The notes: a model not told the origin generated them from the letters alone. Shown: positions 1 to 10,404, counted from the stretch's first letter. The stretch: DNA of 64,000 bases from Nitrospirota bacterium (GCA_963751455.1 CAVVUN010000008.1:192001-256000), one strand, 5' to 3'. Made by a program: numbers and translations.

Positions 1-68
1 TCAGCCCCGTGACCTGAGTGCTTTTCCATATTGCGGTTTTTACACGGATTGTGTAAGATTCCGTAATC

Positions 69-1004
69 ATGCTGCTTTACATCTTCAAAAGAATCCTTCT
101 CTTCATCCCCACCCTGCTCGGCATCACCCTCATTACGTTTGTCCTGATGCAGGCTTTGCCCGGCGACCCTGTTGCGGGAATGGCAGGCGAACGTGCGAAC
201 CCCGAAACGCTGGCCCGCATTCGCGCCGAGCTCGGCCAGGACAAGCCATTGGCTATGCAGTACATCGGCTATTTGAAATTGCTTTCAAAGGGCGAGCTTG
301 GCCGCTCCAATTACACGAACAGGCAGATCGCGGATGATCTGCTCCAGAAATTCCCGAACACGGTCAGGCTTGCTCTTGCGGCCATGCTGTTCGCTTCTAT
401 TCTCGGCATCGGGCTGGGTATATTCGCCGCGGTCAAGCGCGACACCGTATGGGACCGCGCGGCTACGCTCATCTCCGTGGGCGGCATTTCGGTCCCCGTT
501 TTCTGGCTGGGGCTCGCGCTCATGCTCCTGTTCGCCTTCTACCTCAGGTGGCTCCCGCCTTCGGGCATGGGCAACGGCAGTCTCTGGTACATTATCCTTC
601 CCACTATGACGCTCGGCACATATTCACTTTCGTACATAGCGCGCGTGACCCGGTCATCCATGCTCGAGTCCCTGTCACAGCCGTATGTCGCGGCTGCCCG
701 CGCAAAAGGGCTGTCTGAAGCCAATGTCGTACTGAAACATGCACTCAAGAATTCTCTCATTCCGATCGTCACGATCATCGGCCTGGACCTCGGTTCCTAT
801 TTAAACGGAGCGGTGTTGACCGAGACAATATTCGGCTGGGACGGTGTGGGCCGTTACGCTCTCGACGGCATCATGAAACGAGACTATCCCGTGATCATGG
901 GCGTCGTACTGTTCGGCGCGGTCGTCTTCGTCTCCATAAACCTGATCGTCGACATTTCGTACCATTTTCTCGATCCGCGGGTGAGAATAAAAGCGGACCA
1001 TTAA
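69..1004 (+). CDS. dppB: Peptide/nickel ABC transporter permease (DppB/OppB family)
   Basis: N-term 'YIFKRILLFIPTLLGITLITF..LPGDP', EAA loop 'ARAKGLSE', C-term 'LDPRVR'. Confidence 0.9.
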   Translation: MLLYIFKRILLFIPTLLGITLITFVLMQALPGDPVAGMAGERANPETLARIRAELGQDKPLAMQYIGYLKLLSKGELGRSNYTNRQIADDLLQKFPNTVRLALAAMLFASILGIGLGIFAAVKRDTVWDRAATLISVGGISVPVFWLGLALMLLFAFYLRWLPPSGMGNGSLWYIILPTMTLGTYSLSYIARVTRSSMLESLSQPYVAAARAKGLSEANVVLKHALKNSLIPIVTIIGLDLGSYLNGAVLTETIFGWDGVGRYALDGIMKRDYPVIMGVVLFGAVVFVSINLIVDISYHFLDPRVRIKADH

Positions 1005-1016
1005 GGTTATATTTCG

Positions 1017-1853
1017 ATGGTTTCTACGATAACATTAAGGGATGTGACCGCGCATACGCCGGCTCTAGTTGCGTCGATCCTGCTCGTCCTGCTCGTCCTG
1101 ACGGCTGTGTTCGGACCCTTTCTTGTTCCGTATGATCCGCTTGCCCTGGACCTCGACAGCCTGAAGCAGCCGCCCTCCGCGGACCATATATTCGGGACCG
1201 ACAGCAAAGGCCGCGACATATTCTCGCGTGTGATTGCCGGTTCACGCATATCGCTTACGGTTGGAATCATTGCCGCGTTCCTTTCCATGTTCATAGGCAT
1301 ATTCTTCGGCCTGATAGCGGGATATTTCGGAGGCAAAACAGACGCGGCCCTTAGCCAGTTCTTCGATATTTTTCTCGCGTTCCCGAGTCTGCTCCTGGCG
1401 ATCGGGATCAGCGCGGTGATGTCGCCCGGCCTGACTTCGGCCATGCTCGCGATCACGCTGGTCGGATGGGCTGGTTTCGCGCGGCTCGTGCGCGGGATCA
1501 CTCTTTCACTCAAGGAGCAGACCTACGTGGAGGCGTCGCGGGCACTCGGGGCAACATCCGGCCGGATTCTTTATAAACACATCCTGCCGAATGCGCTCCC
1601 CCTTCTGCTCGTCGCCGGCAGCCTGCGCGTGGGCGGATTCATCCTGCTCGAGGCCGCGCTGTCCTTTCTGGGTCTCGGCGTCCAGCCGCCCACACCAACG
1701 TGGGGCTCGATGATCAGCCTCAACCGGGCGTACATCAACTCCGCACCCTGGATGGTGATCTTTCCCGGCCTTGCCATCAGCATTACGGTTATAAGCTTCA
1801 ATATCCTTGGCGATTTCCTTCGCGACAAGCTCGACCCCCGCATGCAGGTCTAA
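1017..1853 (+). CDS. dppC: Peptide/nickel ABC transporter permease (DppC/OppC family)
   Basis: 'PPSADHIFGTDSKGRDIFSR', 'EASRALGA', 'HILPN', 'PTPTWG', 'GDFLRDKLDPR'. Confidence 0.9.
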   Translation: MVSTITLRDVTAHTPALVASILLVLLVLTAVFGPFLVPYDPLALDLDSLKQPPSADHIFGTDSKGRDIFSRVIAGSRISLTVGIIAAFLSMFIGIFFGLIAGYFGGKTDAALSQFFDIFLAFPSLLLAIGISAVMSPGLTSAMLAITLVGWAGFARLVRGITLSLKEQTYVEASRALGATSGRILYKHILPNALPLLLVAGSLRVGGFILLEAALSFLGLGVQPPTPTWGSMISLNRAYINSAPWMVIFPGLAISITVISFNILGDFLRDKLDPRMQV

Positions 1854-1928
1854 ACAGCTCCGGACTTTTCGGTGCTGACAGTTTTTATCCGTGGACATCC
1901 GTGTAAATCCATGGCAAGATATCAGTAC

Positions 1929-2720
1929 ATGAACCCCGATATCCGCGCAAAAAAATCTCTCGGTCAGAATTTTCTCAAAGACGAGAGCTATCTCCGAAGA
2001 ATTGCCGACGCCGCGCGCGTGGGACCGGAGGACCAGGTACTGGAGATAGGGCCGGGTCTCGGGCATCTTACGCGCGTTCTGTCGCTTCGGGCAAAAAAAG
2101 TAGTCTGTATCGAAATCGACGACCGGCTGATCCCCGTACTTCTGGACGAGTTCAGCGGCCAGAGGCATGTGGAAATTCTGCATGCCGATGCGCTTGAGTA
2201 TGCATACGACTCGCTCGTCGGAACATGGAAGGTGGTGGCAAACCTTCCCTATTATATTTCCACGCCCATCATTCAGAAGCTTATCCTCAGCCGTCAGAAA
2301 TTCACGAGTTTTACGCTCATGCTCCAGAAGGAGGTCGCGGAGCGGATAGCAGCATCGCCGGGAGGCAAGGAATACGGTTATCTCTCTGTGCTCGTGCAAT
2401 TGTTCACGATACCCAGGATCGAATTCAAAGTGCCTGCGGGCGCCTTCACACCGATACCGGAGGTTGACTCCGTCGTTATTACTCTCACGGTACGAGACCG
2501 TCCCGCAGTCGATCTCCGGGACGAGGGCTTTTTTACGCGTGTTGTGAAAGCTGCTTTTTCCCAGCGAAGAAAGACTCTGCGGAACTCTTTGAGGCAGTTG
2601 GACCTCGCCCCCGGCAGGATGGATCAAGTTCAGGAAATAACCGGGATCGATCCCGGGCGGCGGGCGGAGACTTTATCCATAGATGAATTTGGACGGCTGG
2701 CGGATTTTTTGCTGCAATAG
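1929..2720 (+). CDS. rsmA: 16S rRNA m6,2A1518/1519 dimethyltransferase RsmA/KsgA
   Basis: 'KKSLGQNFL', 'EIGPGLGHLT', 'ANLPYYIS', 'QKEVAER', 'FSQRRKTLRN'; start ATG 1929 or 1911. Confidence 0.95.
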   Translation: MNPDIRAKKSLGQNFLKDESYLRRIADAARVGPEDQVLEIGPGLGHLTRVLSLRAKKVVCIEIDDRLIPVLLDEFSGQRHVEILHADALEYAYDSLVGTWKVVANLPYYISTPIIQKLILSRQKFTSFTLMLQKEVAERIAASPGGKEYGYLSVLVQLFTIPRIEFKVPAGAFTPIPEVDSVVITLTVRDRPAVDLRDEGFFTRVVKAAFSQRRKTLRNSLRQLDLAPGRMDQVQEITGIDPGRRAETLSIDEFGRLADFLLQ

Positions 2721-2771
2721 CGGCAGGATTATGATATCTTTTTTTGTTCATAGAATTTATGCCGGTAAATA

Positions 2772-2908
2772 TTGATGAAATCGTAAGAAGTCAAGATTTG
2801 CCACAGAGCGCACAGAGAGCACAGAGGTAAGTCTTTAAAAGACTAAAATTTTTTCTCTGAGTCCTCGGTGATCTCTGTGGCTAAAAAGACTTTTTACGAA
2901 TCTATCAA
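2772..2908. repeat. MITE/REP-like element with imperfect terminal inverted repeats
   Basis: TTGATGAAATCGTAAGAAGTC ... GACTTTTTACGAATCTATCAA ends, inner inverted CACAGAG periodic arms; related ends at 48739-48800. Confidence 0.65.
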
Positions 2909-2983
2909 CTTTGACACACTTTCCCTTTTTGCCTTGACATTTGAACTTCATGCCATATAATAAACATCGTTCCGGAGCCGGGG

Positions 2984-3562
2984 ATGAAAGACAGCATAAC
3001 AAAAATATTTGAAGAGAGCGCGCAGATCAAGGTCAGATTCGCAAAGGAAAACGCAGACAAGATCGTCGAGGTCGTTCAACTGATCGCGCAGGCGTTCCGG
3101 GACGGCAGGAAAGTAATTCTCTTCGGCAACGGCGGAAGCGCAACAGACGCCTCTCACATCGCGGGAGAATTCGTGAACCGCTTCCTGATGGAGCGCCCGC
3201 CGCTTCCCGCGATCGCGTTGAACACTGATGTTGCGGTGCTGACCAGCATCAGCAACGACTACGACTATTCCCAGATTTTCTCGAAGCAGCTTGCCGCACT
3301 GGGACACGAGGGGGACGTCGTAATCGGCATCAGCACAAGCGGCAATTCGGCGAATGTGGTGAAAGCCGTCGAAGTGGCCAAAAAGAACGGCATGAAAACC
3401 GTGGTCCTGACGGGTGGGACGGGCGGAAAACTTGCCGCTATGGCAGACTACAGTTTCATAGTTCCAACAAAGCATACTCCGCGAATCCAGGAGACCCACA
3501 TTACGCTCGGGCATACCATCTGCCAGATGGTGGACGAGGAACTCTTCGGCAATGCTCACTGA
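2984..3562 (+). CDS. gmhA: Phosphoheptose isomerase (SIS domain)
   Basis: 'FGNGGSATDASHIAGEF', 'SISNDY', 'ISTSGNSANV', 'RIQETH'. Confidence 0.95.
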   Translation: MKDSITKIFEESAQIKVRFAKENADKIVEVVQLIAQAFRDGRKVILFGNGGSATDASHIAGEFVNRFLMERPPLPAIALNTDVAVLTSISNDYDYSQIFSKQLAALGHEGDVVIGISTSGNSANVVKAVEVAKKNGMKTVVLTGGTGGKLAAMADYSFIVPTKHTPRIQETHITLGHTICQMVDEELFGNAH

Positions 3563-3578
3563 CGTTCATTTTTAACCA

Positions 3579-4514
3579 ATGAAAAAGATCGACACCTCGA
3601 AAATAAAGACGTATTCGCTCAAGAGCCGTCAAAGCAAGGTGAGAATAGACGATTTTGCGAAGCCGCACTCCAAGGGCGGAAAATTCAACGACTTCTTCAG
3701 TTCCCTTCCGGACATTCTCGCAGCAAAAAATTTGAAGGAAACAACCGCAGCAATAGTCCAGGCGAGAAAAGACGGATGCCCTGTCATGCTCGGCATGGGC
3801 GCACACTCGATCAAGGTGGGATTAAACCCCGTCGTCGTGGACCTCATGGAGCGCGGCATTCTCACCAGTCTCTCGTTGAACGGCGCAGGTATAATCCACG
3901 ACCTCGAACTGGCTCTCATCGGCAGGACATCGGAAGACGTGGACAAGGAAATCCTCTCTGGCGCTTTCGGAATGGCGGAAGAAACAGCAACTATTCTGAA
4001 TGGCGCCATTAAAGGCGCTGGAGATGCTGAAGGCATCGGAACCGCGGTCGGCCGGGTGATACAATCATCCGACTTTCCGTTCAAGAACATGAGTCTACTC
4101 GCCGCGGGGTTTCGCCTTGGTGTGCCGATCACGGTTCATATTGCGATAGGAACCGACATCATTCATATGCATCCTTCCTTCGACGGAAGGGCTACCGGTG
4201 CGGCCGCGCATCGGGATTTTCTCTCGTTCTGCGCTCTCGTATCCGAACTTGAGGGAGGAGTGTATATCAACCTCGGTTCCGCCGTGCTGTTACCGGAGAT
4301 TTTCCTTAAAGCAGTAACCCTCTGTAGAAACCTCGGCGCGCCATTGCGCCGCTTTACAACCGTCAATATGGATTTTGTCCAGCATTACCGACCGAATACA
4401 AATGTAGTCCGTCGCCCGACTCAGGAAGGCGGCAGAGGCTATGCAATCACGGGGCATCATGAAATCATGTTCCCGCTCCTCGCTGCAGCAATTATCGAAC
4501 AATTCCCGGCATAA
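3579..4514 (+). CDS. Conserved protein, deoxyhypusine-synthase-like fold
   Basis: 'MGAHSIKVG', 'NGAGIIHD', 'TVHIAIGTDIIHMHP', 'NLGSAVLLPEIFLK', 'GHHEIMFP'; follows gmhA. Confidence 0.65.
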   Translation: MKKIDTSKIKTYSLKSRQSKVRIDDFAKPHSKGGKFNDFFSSLPDILAAKNLKETTAAIVQARKDGCPVMLGMGAHSIKVGLNPVVVDLMERGILTSLSLNGAGIIHDLELALIGRTSEDVDKEILSGAFGMAEETATILNGAIKGAGDAEGIGTAVGRVIQSSDFPFKNMSLLAAGFRLGVPITVHIAIGTDIIHMHPSFDGRATGAAAHRDFLSFCALVSELEGGVYINLGSAVLLPEIFLKAVTLCRNLGAPLRRFTTVNMDFVQHYRPNTNVVRRPTQEGGRGYAITGHHEIMFPLLAAAIIEQFPA

Positions 4515-4658
4515 CAGTTTAAGGCCCTCCTTCACAGCCTCCAACTTCAAAATCAGCTGCCAAAAAACTACCGTCGGAAAAGCAACGGAAGGCATGTATT
4601 TTGGTCCCCTTTACTGACTCGTTTCTTTTAAGCCATTCAATTTTATAGAAAAAATATT

Positions 4659-4674
4659 TGGCAAGTAAATTGCT
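4659..4674 (+). promoter_or_regulatory. sigma54 -24/-12 promoter
   Basis: TGGCAAGTAAATTGCT (GG-N10-GC) after an AT-rich tract. Confidence 0.6.
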
Positions 4675-4684
4675 TTTATAATAC

Positions 4685-4782
4685 TAAAGCTTGGCTTTCA
4701 AAAATCCTATTTACACTTTCCCCCGACGCCTGTGCGTCAAGGGCAGCACTATTCCCGAGACGTGCAGGCGTCCCCCTCTTCC
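4685..4782 (+). ncRNA. Candidate sigma54-dependent small RNA
   Basis: No ORF; 14-bp stem 4725-4738/4759-4772 flanked by C-runs, just downstream of the sigma54 site. Confidence 0.35.
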
Positions 4783-4951
4783 TGACACCAATTCTAAATT
4801 GCAATCCTGGTAATCGGTAACGCTCCTGTTCCGGCGCGCCGCTTTATGCTATCATCAAATAAATACATGGACAGTTGAGCCAAACTAGCGTTGTTACTAT
4901 TATCCGGTTTACTTTTCCTGTTTTTTCATGCACGGGCCGGAGGTTGCCGCA

Positions 4952-5401
4952 ATGGAGTCACTTAAGCTTACCAGTCCAGTTTTCAAAGAGAATCAGCCTA
5001 TACCTTCAAGATATACATGTGAGGGACTCGATATAAACCCCGCCCTCGGCATCGAGCAGGTGCCTTCTGAAGCTCAATCTCTTGCGCTAATCATGGATGA
5101 CCCGGATGCGCCGGGCGGGACGTGGGTGCATTGGGTTCTCTGGAACATAAACCCGACAACGAGCGAGCTCCGCGAAGGCTCTGTGCCGCCAGGCGCACGG
5201 CAGGGAATCAATGATTTCAAAAAAAACAAGTACGGAGGGCCATGCCCGCCCTCGGGAATTCATCGCTATTTTTTCAAACTATACGCGCTCGACACCAAAC
5301 TTGACCTACCCGAGAAAAAAGGCAAGGCAGCGCTGGAAGCCGCCATGAAAGGACATGTACTGGCGCACGCCGAGCTGGTGGCATTATACGGTAAGAAGTA
5401 G
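4952..5401 (+). CDS. YbhB/YbcL family PEBP (Raf kinase inhibitor-like) protein
   Basis: 'DDPDAPGGTWVHW', 'YGGPCPPSGIHRYFFKLYALD'; GGAGG RBS before ATG 4952. Confidence 0.9.
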   Translation: MESLKLTSPVFKENQPIPSRYTCEGLDINPALGIEQVPSEAQSLALIMDDPDAPGGTWVHWVLWNINPTTSELREGSVPPGARQGINDFKKNKYGGPCPPSGIHRYFFKLYALDTKLDLPEKKGKAALEAAMKGHVLAHAELVALYGKK

Positions 5402-5519
5402 CCTCCCCGCATTTTCCGCACTAACTCACGAAATTTGGTATAATGACGTCTGTTCCCTGCATTGGTTGTTCGGGATGCCCCTCGCTCATGCGCAATCCGG
5501 GAACAGGAGGATCACGAGC

Positions 5520-6650
5520 TTGCAGGATAAGAGCAGAAAACGGAAAATTGTATTTATCGAGGACCGCACTCATCACGAGGACCTCATCCGGGACGCTTTT
5601 GGCCGGCCGGGAGACGGCGACGTCATTGAATTCTTCAACTCGCCTGCAGCGGCCGCCGATATGCTGGGCCGCGAAGAAGTCGATGCCGTGTTTTTCAGAA
5701 GATCGTTATGCGGACTTGATCAAATCAAGTTTCTCAGGGCGGCCGGTAAGAACGAAATTAATATACCGTTGATTATGATTGACGAGCGCGAAGATCGTGA
5801 AACTGCGGTCGAGGCGTTCCGGGCCGGCGTGAGTGATGTTGTATCGGACGATACCCGGTCGATTGGCGCATATCCTGTTGTTGCCGAGTGCGCTCGTGCT
5901 CGCTCCACATCGAACCTCCCGGACATGCACCGTCTCAAGGACCTCCTTCAAAACGCACATAGGTTGTCCTGTATCGGCCTGCTTGTCTCCGATGTGGCAC
6001 ATGAGATCAACAACCCCCTTACCGGCACCATAGCTTACAGTGAACTGCTGGAGATGAAGGTTTCGGATGACAGCATCAAGCAGGACGTAGCGAAGATAGT
6101 GGGAAGCGCCGAGCGTTGTAAGACAATCATTGACAATCTTCTTACATTCACCGGCCGGCATGCAACCTCAAAGATCGTCGAATCGATCAACGACATTATC
6201 GACAGGGTTATCGATCTCCGAGGCTATTCGCTCAGATCAAAGGGCATCCGGGTCGAGAGGGATTATGATTCTGACTCCACCGTTTTTGCGGATTCTCCCA
6301 GGATGCACCAGTTGATTCTGAATATCCTGATAAACGCGCAGGAAGGCATCGAGGCATCGCCAGGGACGCACGGAGTAATAAGGGTAACAACGCGTCGTAT
6401 TCAGGAACAGGGGCTTGTAAGAATAAGCATTGCGGACAACGGGCAGGGTATTGCCCCGTACCTGATGTCGAGGATATTCGAACCATTTTCCACATCGAAG
6501 CCCGGCGCGATCGGACTAGGGCTTTCCATATGCCGCAGCATTGTTACCGACAATGGCGGCCTGATACGGGCCGAAAACAGGAACGAAGGGGGCGCTGTTT
6601 TTATCGTGGAGCTTCCGTCCGGGGCAGGCAAAACAGGGATTGCGCACTGA
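5520..6650 (+). CDS. Hybrid degenerate receiver + histidine kinase
   Basis: H-box 'VAHEINNPL', N-box 'NILINA', 'DNGQGI', 'GLGLSI'; AGGAGG before TTG 5520. Confidence 0.8.
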   Translation: MQDKSRKRKIVFIEDRTHHEDLIRDAFGRPGDGDVIEFFNSPAAAADMLGREEVDAVFFRRSLCGLDQIKFLRAAGKNEINIPLIMIDEREDRETAVEAFRAGVSDVVSDDTRSIGAYPVVAECARARSTSNLPDMHRLKDLLQNAHRLSCIGLLVSDVAHEINNPLTGTIAYSELLEMKVSDDSIKQDVAKIVGSAERCKTIIDNLLTFTGRHATSKIVESINDIIDRVIDLRGYSLRSKGIRVERDYDSDSTVFADSPRMHQLILNILINAQEGIEASPGTHGVIRVTTRRIQEQGLVRISIADNGQGIAPYLMSRIFEPFSTSKPGAIGLGLSICRSIVTDNGGLIRAENRNEGGAVFIVELPSGAGKTGIAH

Positions 6651-6800
6651 TGTCTGTCGTTGAGTTAAACACAAAAAAAGAATCGAAAAACTTTGTCTCA
6701 CGCGGAGGCGTACCCTGCACTCGCGTAAACGCGGGCATAAACAGAGTTCGCGGAGAAGGAATTAATGTATTTTTTCTGGTAACTACTCAGGTCATTTTTT

Positions 6801-6888
6801 TATCCGCAGATTACGCAGATTTCGCAGATAAAAACAAAACCAGAATTCCGGCTTTAGAATCTGCGTCAATCTGCGAAATCTGCGGATA
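6801..6888. repeat. Inverted repeat of 9-bp periodic units (CGCAGAT-NN)x3 / (ATCTGCG-NN)x3
   Basis: TATCCGCAGATTACGCAGATTTCGCAGAT ... ATCTGCGTCAATCTGCGAAATCTGCGGATA; relatives at ~33813-33840 and ~59101-59179. Confidence 0.75.
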
Positions 6889-7089
6889 GAAGGGCTTTTT
6901 CTCAGATTTGTCTTAATGCCGTTCTGAAAAGAAGCTGAATAGTTACTTTTTCTGTTTTAATCTTTCGAAGGCTTTTATAACAAAACCGACGTGCCGGTAT
7001 AAAAGAGAGGATGCTGTGGAAATTATTTTGGAGAGAGGACTACGGTTAAATGGGAGCGAGGCGAACATGACTACGGATTACTTTTAGGA

Positions 7090-8541
7090 TTACCTTCCGT
7101 TTCCAACCTGCTGCTTGATTCTGGGATTTTGCGTCTCAATTCCCATTTTTTTTATTTTTTCCAGCAGAGTAGTTCGGTTCAGTCCGAGTAGTTGGGCCGC
7201 TTTGCTCCTTACCCCGTTGGTCCGCTCCAGCGCCTTCCGGATAAGGTTCCGCTCGATGCCGGCGACAATGGCATTGAGGTCTACACCCGCGGCGCCGATC
7301 TCGATATTGTGAGATACCGGACCGGAATTCTCCTGTCCCGTCTGGTCCTTCCCCGGCTCCGTCGTGTGCAGCTTTTCAGGCAAGTCCGATACCTGTATTA
7401 CGTTTCCTGATACCAGGATCGAGAGGCGCTCGATAAGGTTCTCAAGCTCTCGAACATTCCCCGGCCATCGGTACTGGTTGAGGCATCTCATCGCGTCCGG
7501 CGAAAAAATAAACGGCTCTCGTTTTCTCTTTCGTGCAAATTCCTCCACAAAGAAGGCCACCAGCAGGGAAATATCGTCAACGCGGCTTCGAAGAGGCGGA
7601 AGGTTCAGAGGAATAACATTCAATCGATAGAACAGATCTTCCCGGAAGGCCCCTTCCTTTGTAGCCTTATCGAGGTCCTTGTTGCTTGCGGCAAGAATAC
7701 GGACATCGACCTTGATCGTTTTCATTCCGCCGACCCGCTCGAATTCGCGTTCCTGAAGCACGCGGAGCAGTTTGACCTGGAGCAGCGGGTCAAGCTCTCC
7801 TACCTCGTCGAGGAAAAGGGTTCCTCCCTGTGCAAGCTCGAAGCGTCCGACACGCATATTGACTGCGCCGGTAAAAGCACCCTTTTCATGCCCGAACAGC
7901 TCCGATTCCAGCAGATCTCTCGGCACCGCGGCGCAGTTCAACGGCACAAACGGTCCGCCTGCCCGTGCGCTGTTATTGTAATGTATCGTTTTCGCGATAA
8001 GTTCCTTGCCTGTTCCACTCTCTCCCGTGATAAGCACTGTGCTGTCGGTGTCCGCTATCTTCTCTATGAATTCATACACTGCCTGCATCTGGGGCGAGTC
8101 GCCGATCAGACCCTTGAAATCGTACTTTTTCTTCAGCTGCATCTTGAGCATCACGTTCTCTTTTTTGAGCATAGAGACCGAAAGGGCTTTGTCGAGAACG
8201 ATCATGAGCTCATCGAGGTTAAAGGGCTTCGTCAGATAATCGAATGCCCCGATTCTCATTGCCTCAACAGCGGTTTGGACGGAACCGAAAGCAGTCATCA
8301 CAATCACGGGTATGTTCGTTTTGGCGTCTATTACCTCTTTCAACACGTCCATACCGGTAATACCCGGCATGACCAGGTCTGTAAGTATTAAGTCGTAGCT
8401 TCCTGCCCGGAGCATCTCCAACCCTTTTTCACCGCTCCGCGCAATCGTGACTTCAAAACGTTTTTGCTTCAGAAACGTACTTAGTACGTCCTGAACCGTT
8501 TCGTCGTCTTCTATGACAAGAACTCTCTTGGCTTCATGCAT
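7090..8541 (-). CDS. sigma54-dependent response regulator (REC-AAA+-HTH), flagellar-activator-like by context
   Basis: 'GESGTGKE', 'GAFTGA', 'FLDEVG', 'WPGNVREL', HTH '[13 protein letters not shown]'. Confidence 0.9.
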   Translation of the reverse strand: MHEAKRVLVIEDDETVQDVLSTFLKQKRFEVTIARSGEKGLEMLRAGSYDLILTDLVMPGITGMDVLKEVIDAKTNIPVIVMTAFGSVQTAVEAMRIGAFDYLTKPFNLDELMIVLDKALSVSMLKKENVMLKMQLKKKYDFKGLIGDSPQMQAVYEFIEKIADTDSTVLITGESGTGKELIAKTIHYNNSARAGGPFVPLNCAAVPRDLLESELFGHEKGAFTGAVNMRVGRFELAQGGTLFLDEVGELDPLLQVKLLRVLQEREFERVGGMKTIKVDVRILAASNKDLDKATKEGAFREDLFYRLNVIPLNLPPLRSRVDDISLLVAFFVEEFARKRKREPFIFSPDAMRCLNQYRWPGNVRELENLIERLSILVSGNVIQVSDLPEKLHTTEPGKDQTGQENSGPVSHNIEIGAAGVDLNAIVAGIERNLIRKALERTNGVRSKAAQLLGLNRTTLLEKIKKMGIETQNPRIKQQVGNGR

Positions 8542-8569
8542 GCCCTACCTTAACAGATAAATAGTACCC

Positions 8570-8585
8570 TGTCAACTGATTGACG
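8570..8585. promoter_or_regulatory. Palindromic candidate activator site
   Basis: GTCAA-CTGA-TTGAC between the divergent activator and flhG; sigma54-like GGCACAGTATTTGT near 8696. Confidence 0.35.
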
Positions 8586-8777
8586 CACCTATTAAATGCC
8601 GTTCTGCCGACGCTAAACCTTGCAAAATCAGTAATTAGTCATTGGTTTGACACCATGATGTAAAAGATTCTTCGTTTTTTCAAATGGTTCGTACGGGCAC
8701 AGTATTTGTAATACTAACTACATAAGAGAAAGGCGATGTTTTTATAAGATTGGCATGAGAAAGGACCGGTTCGAAGG

Positions 8778-9632
8778 ATGAACAGGAGATATGTACGAAC
8801 GATTGCGGTAGCGAGCGGCAAAGGCGGCGTGGGTAAAACCAATTTTGCTGCCAACCTGGCTGTTGCGATGAGCAATCTGGGGAAAAAAGTGATGCTTATA
8901 GACGCGAATCTCGGATTAAGCAATATGGATATGCTTCTTGGTCTGGAGCCGGAATACACGATTCAGGATCTGGTAACGGGCACCATGAAGCTCCAGGACA
9001 TACTGGTCGAGAGCTCACACGGAATAAAAGTCCTTTCCGCCGGTTCCGGATTGCACGACCTTACCGCTCTTGATGAGTTTCAGCGACTGAAGATCCTGAC
9101 AGCTTTCGACTGCTATGGCGAGGCTATCGACCTTCTTCTGATAGACACCGCCTCCGGCATATCGGGAAATGTTGCGTTCTTCTGCAGTGCCGTTCAGGAA
9201 ATAATCATCGTGACGTCTCCGGAGCCGACATCGGTGAGCGACGCATACGCCCTGATTAATGTGCTCTTCACACGCTATCATGAGAAGGGATTTCTTATTC
9301 TCGTAAATTCTGCTAAAAACTCGGAAGAAGCCTTCAACGTCTTCCGACGGTTATCCGGCCAGGCTGAACGTTTCCTCAGCATTTCTCTGGATTATCTCGG
9401 CTTTCTTCCCTTCGACGAATCAGTCCCGGAAGCGGTCAGGGCGCAGCGGGTTTTCCTCGATCTCTTTCCGGAGCGGGCTGTATCAAAAAAAATGATGGAG
9501 ATCGCCCAGAAGTTCAGGGACCAGTCGGACAGGGTCAAGGGTTCTCTCCAGTTCTTCATAGGTAATCTTCTGTCGACTTCGACAGGCTTGTCTCCGTGGT
9601 GTGCGTCAGGCACAAGCCGGAAAGTCCCTTAA
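8778..9632 (+). CDS. flhG: MinD/FlhG (FleN) family ATPase
   Basis: Deviant Walker A 'SGKGGVGKT', 'SPEPTSVSDAYA'; directly upstream of fliA. Confidence 0.85.
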   Translation: MNRRYVRTIAVASGKGGVGKTNFAANLAVAMSNLGKKVMLIDANLGLSNMDMLLGLEPEYTIQDLVTGTMKLQDILVESSHGIKVLSAGSGLHDLTALDEFQRLKILTAFDCYGEAIDLLLIDTASGISGNVAFFCSAVQEIIIVTSPEPTSVSDAYALINVLFTRYHEKGFLILVNSAKNSEEAFNVFRRLSGQAERFLSISLDYLGFLPFDESVPEAVRAQRVFLDLFPERAVSKKMMEIAQKFRDQSDRVKGSLQFFIGNLLSTSTGLSPWCASGTSRKVP

Positions 9633-9666
9633 TCAACGCTGTATTTCCCTCAGCCTGGTTGCACTT

Positions 9667-10404
9667 ATGCAGATATCGATAGAAAAGACAGATGAGCAGA
9701 AAAAGGAGGCCATCATCAGCGACTCGCTGCCTTTTATCAGGCATACTGCATACCGGCTCGCCTACCGCTTGCCTCGGCAATTATCTGTAAACGATCTCAT
9801 CAGCGTCGGGATCGTGGGCCTTCTTGACGCTCTCCAGCGCTATACCGAGGGTCGCGTAAAACTGAATACGTTTGTCGAATACAGAATCCGGGGAGCCATG
9901 CTGGATGAGCTTCGTTCGCATGACTGGATGCCGCGGTCACTCAAGGACAAGGTCAGCCGGATCCGGAAAGCCGGAATAAAGCTGGAAAGGGACAGCGGTC
10001 GCATACCGGAGGCTGAAGAGGTGGCGAGAAGCGTGGACATGACGCTGGACGAATACTATCGGGCGCTTGAAAGGGCAAGCAGTGCAGTCGTGTTCAGCTT
10101 CGAGGATTTTCGGGATCCGTCCTCGGAAAGTTCGGTCAGTCACTTCGCTGAATCCATCCCGGACACCTCCATGAAAACGCCTTTGGAACTGCTCGAAGAA
10201 AACACTACCCGCGAAGCGCTTACTTTGTTGATCGACGGCCTTTCAGAAAGGGAAAAACTGGTCCTCTCGCTTTACTATTGGGAGGAGTTTACCTTAAAAG
10301 AAATAGGGCGGATATTGAAACTGAGCGAAGGACGCATCTGTCAGATCCATAATGAAGCGCTCTTGAAATTAAAGACCGGCATTGGTGCGTTCGGCCTTGC
10401 ATGA
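9667..10404 (+). CDS. fliA: RNA polymerase sigma28 factor (FliA/WhiG)
   Basis: 'RIRGAMLDELRSHDWMPRS', 'LYYWEEFTLKEIG..LSEGRICQIH'. Confidence 0.9.
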   Translation: MQISIEKTDEQKKEAIISDSLPFIRHTAYRLAYRLPRQLSVNDLISVGIVGLLDALQRYTEGRVKLNTFVEYRIRGAMLDELRSHDWMPRSLKDKVSRIRKAGIKLERDSGRIPEAEEVARSVDMTLDEYYRALERASSAVVFSFEDFRDPSSESSVSHFAESIPDTSMKTPLELLEENTTREALTLLIDGLSEREKLVLSLYYWEEFTLKEIGRILKLSEGRICQIHNEALLKLKTGIGAFGLA

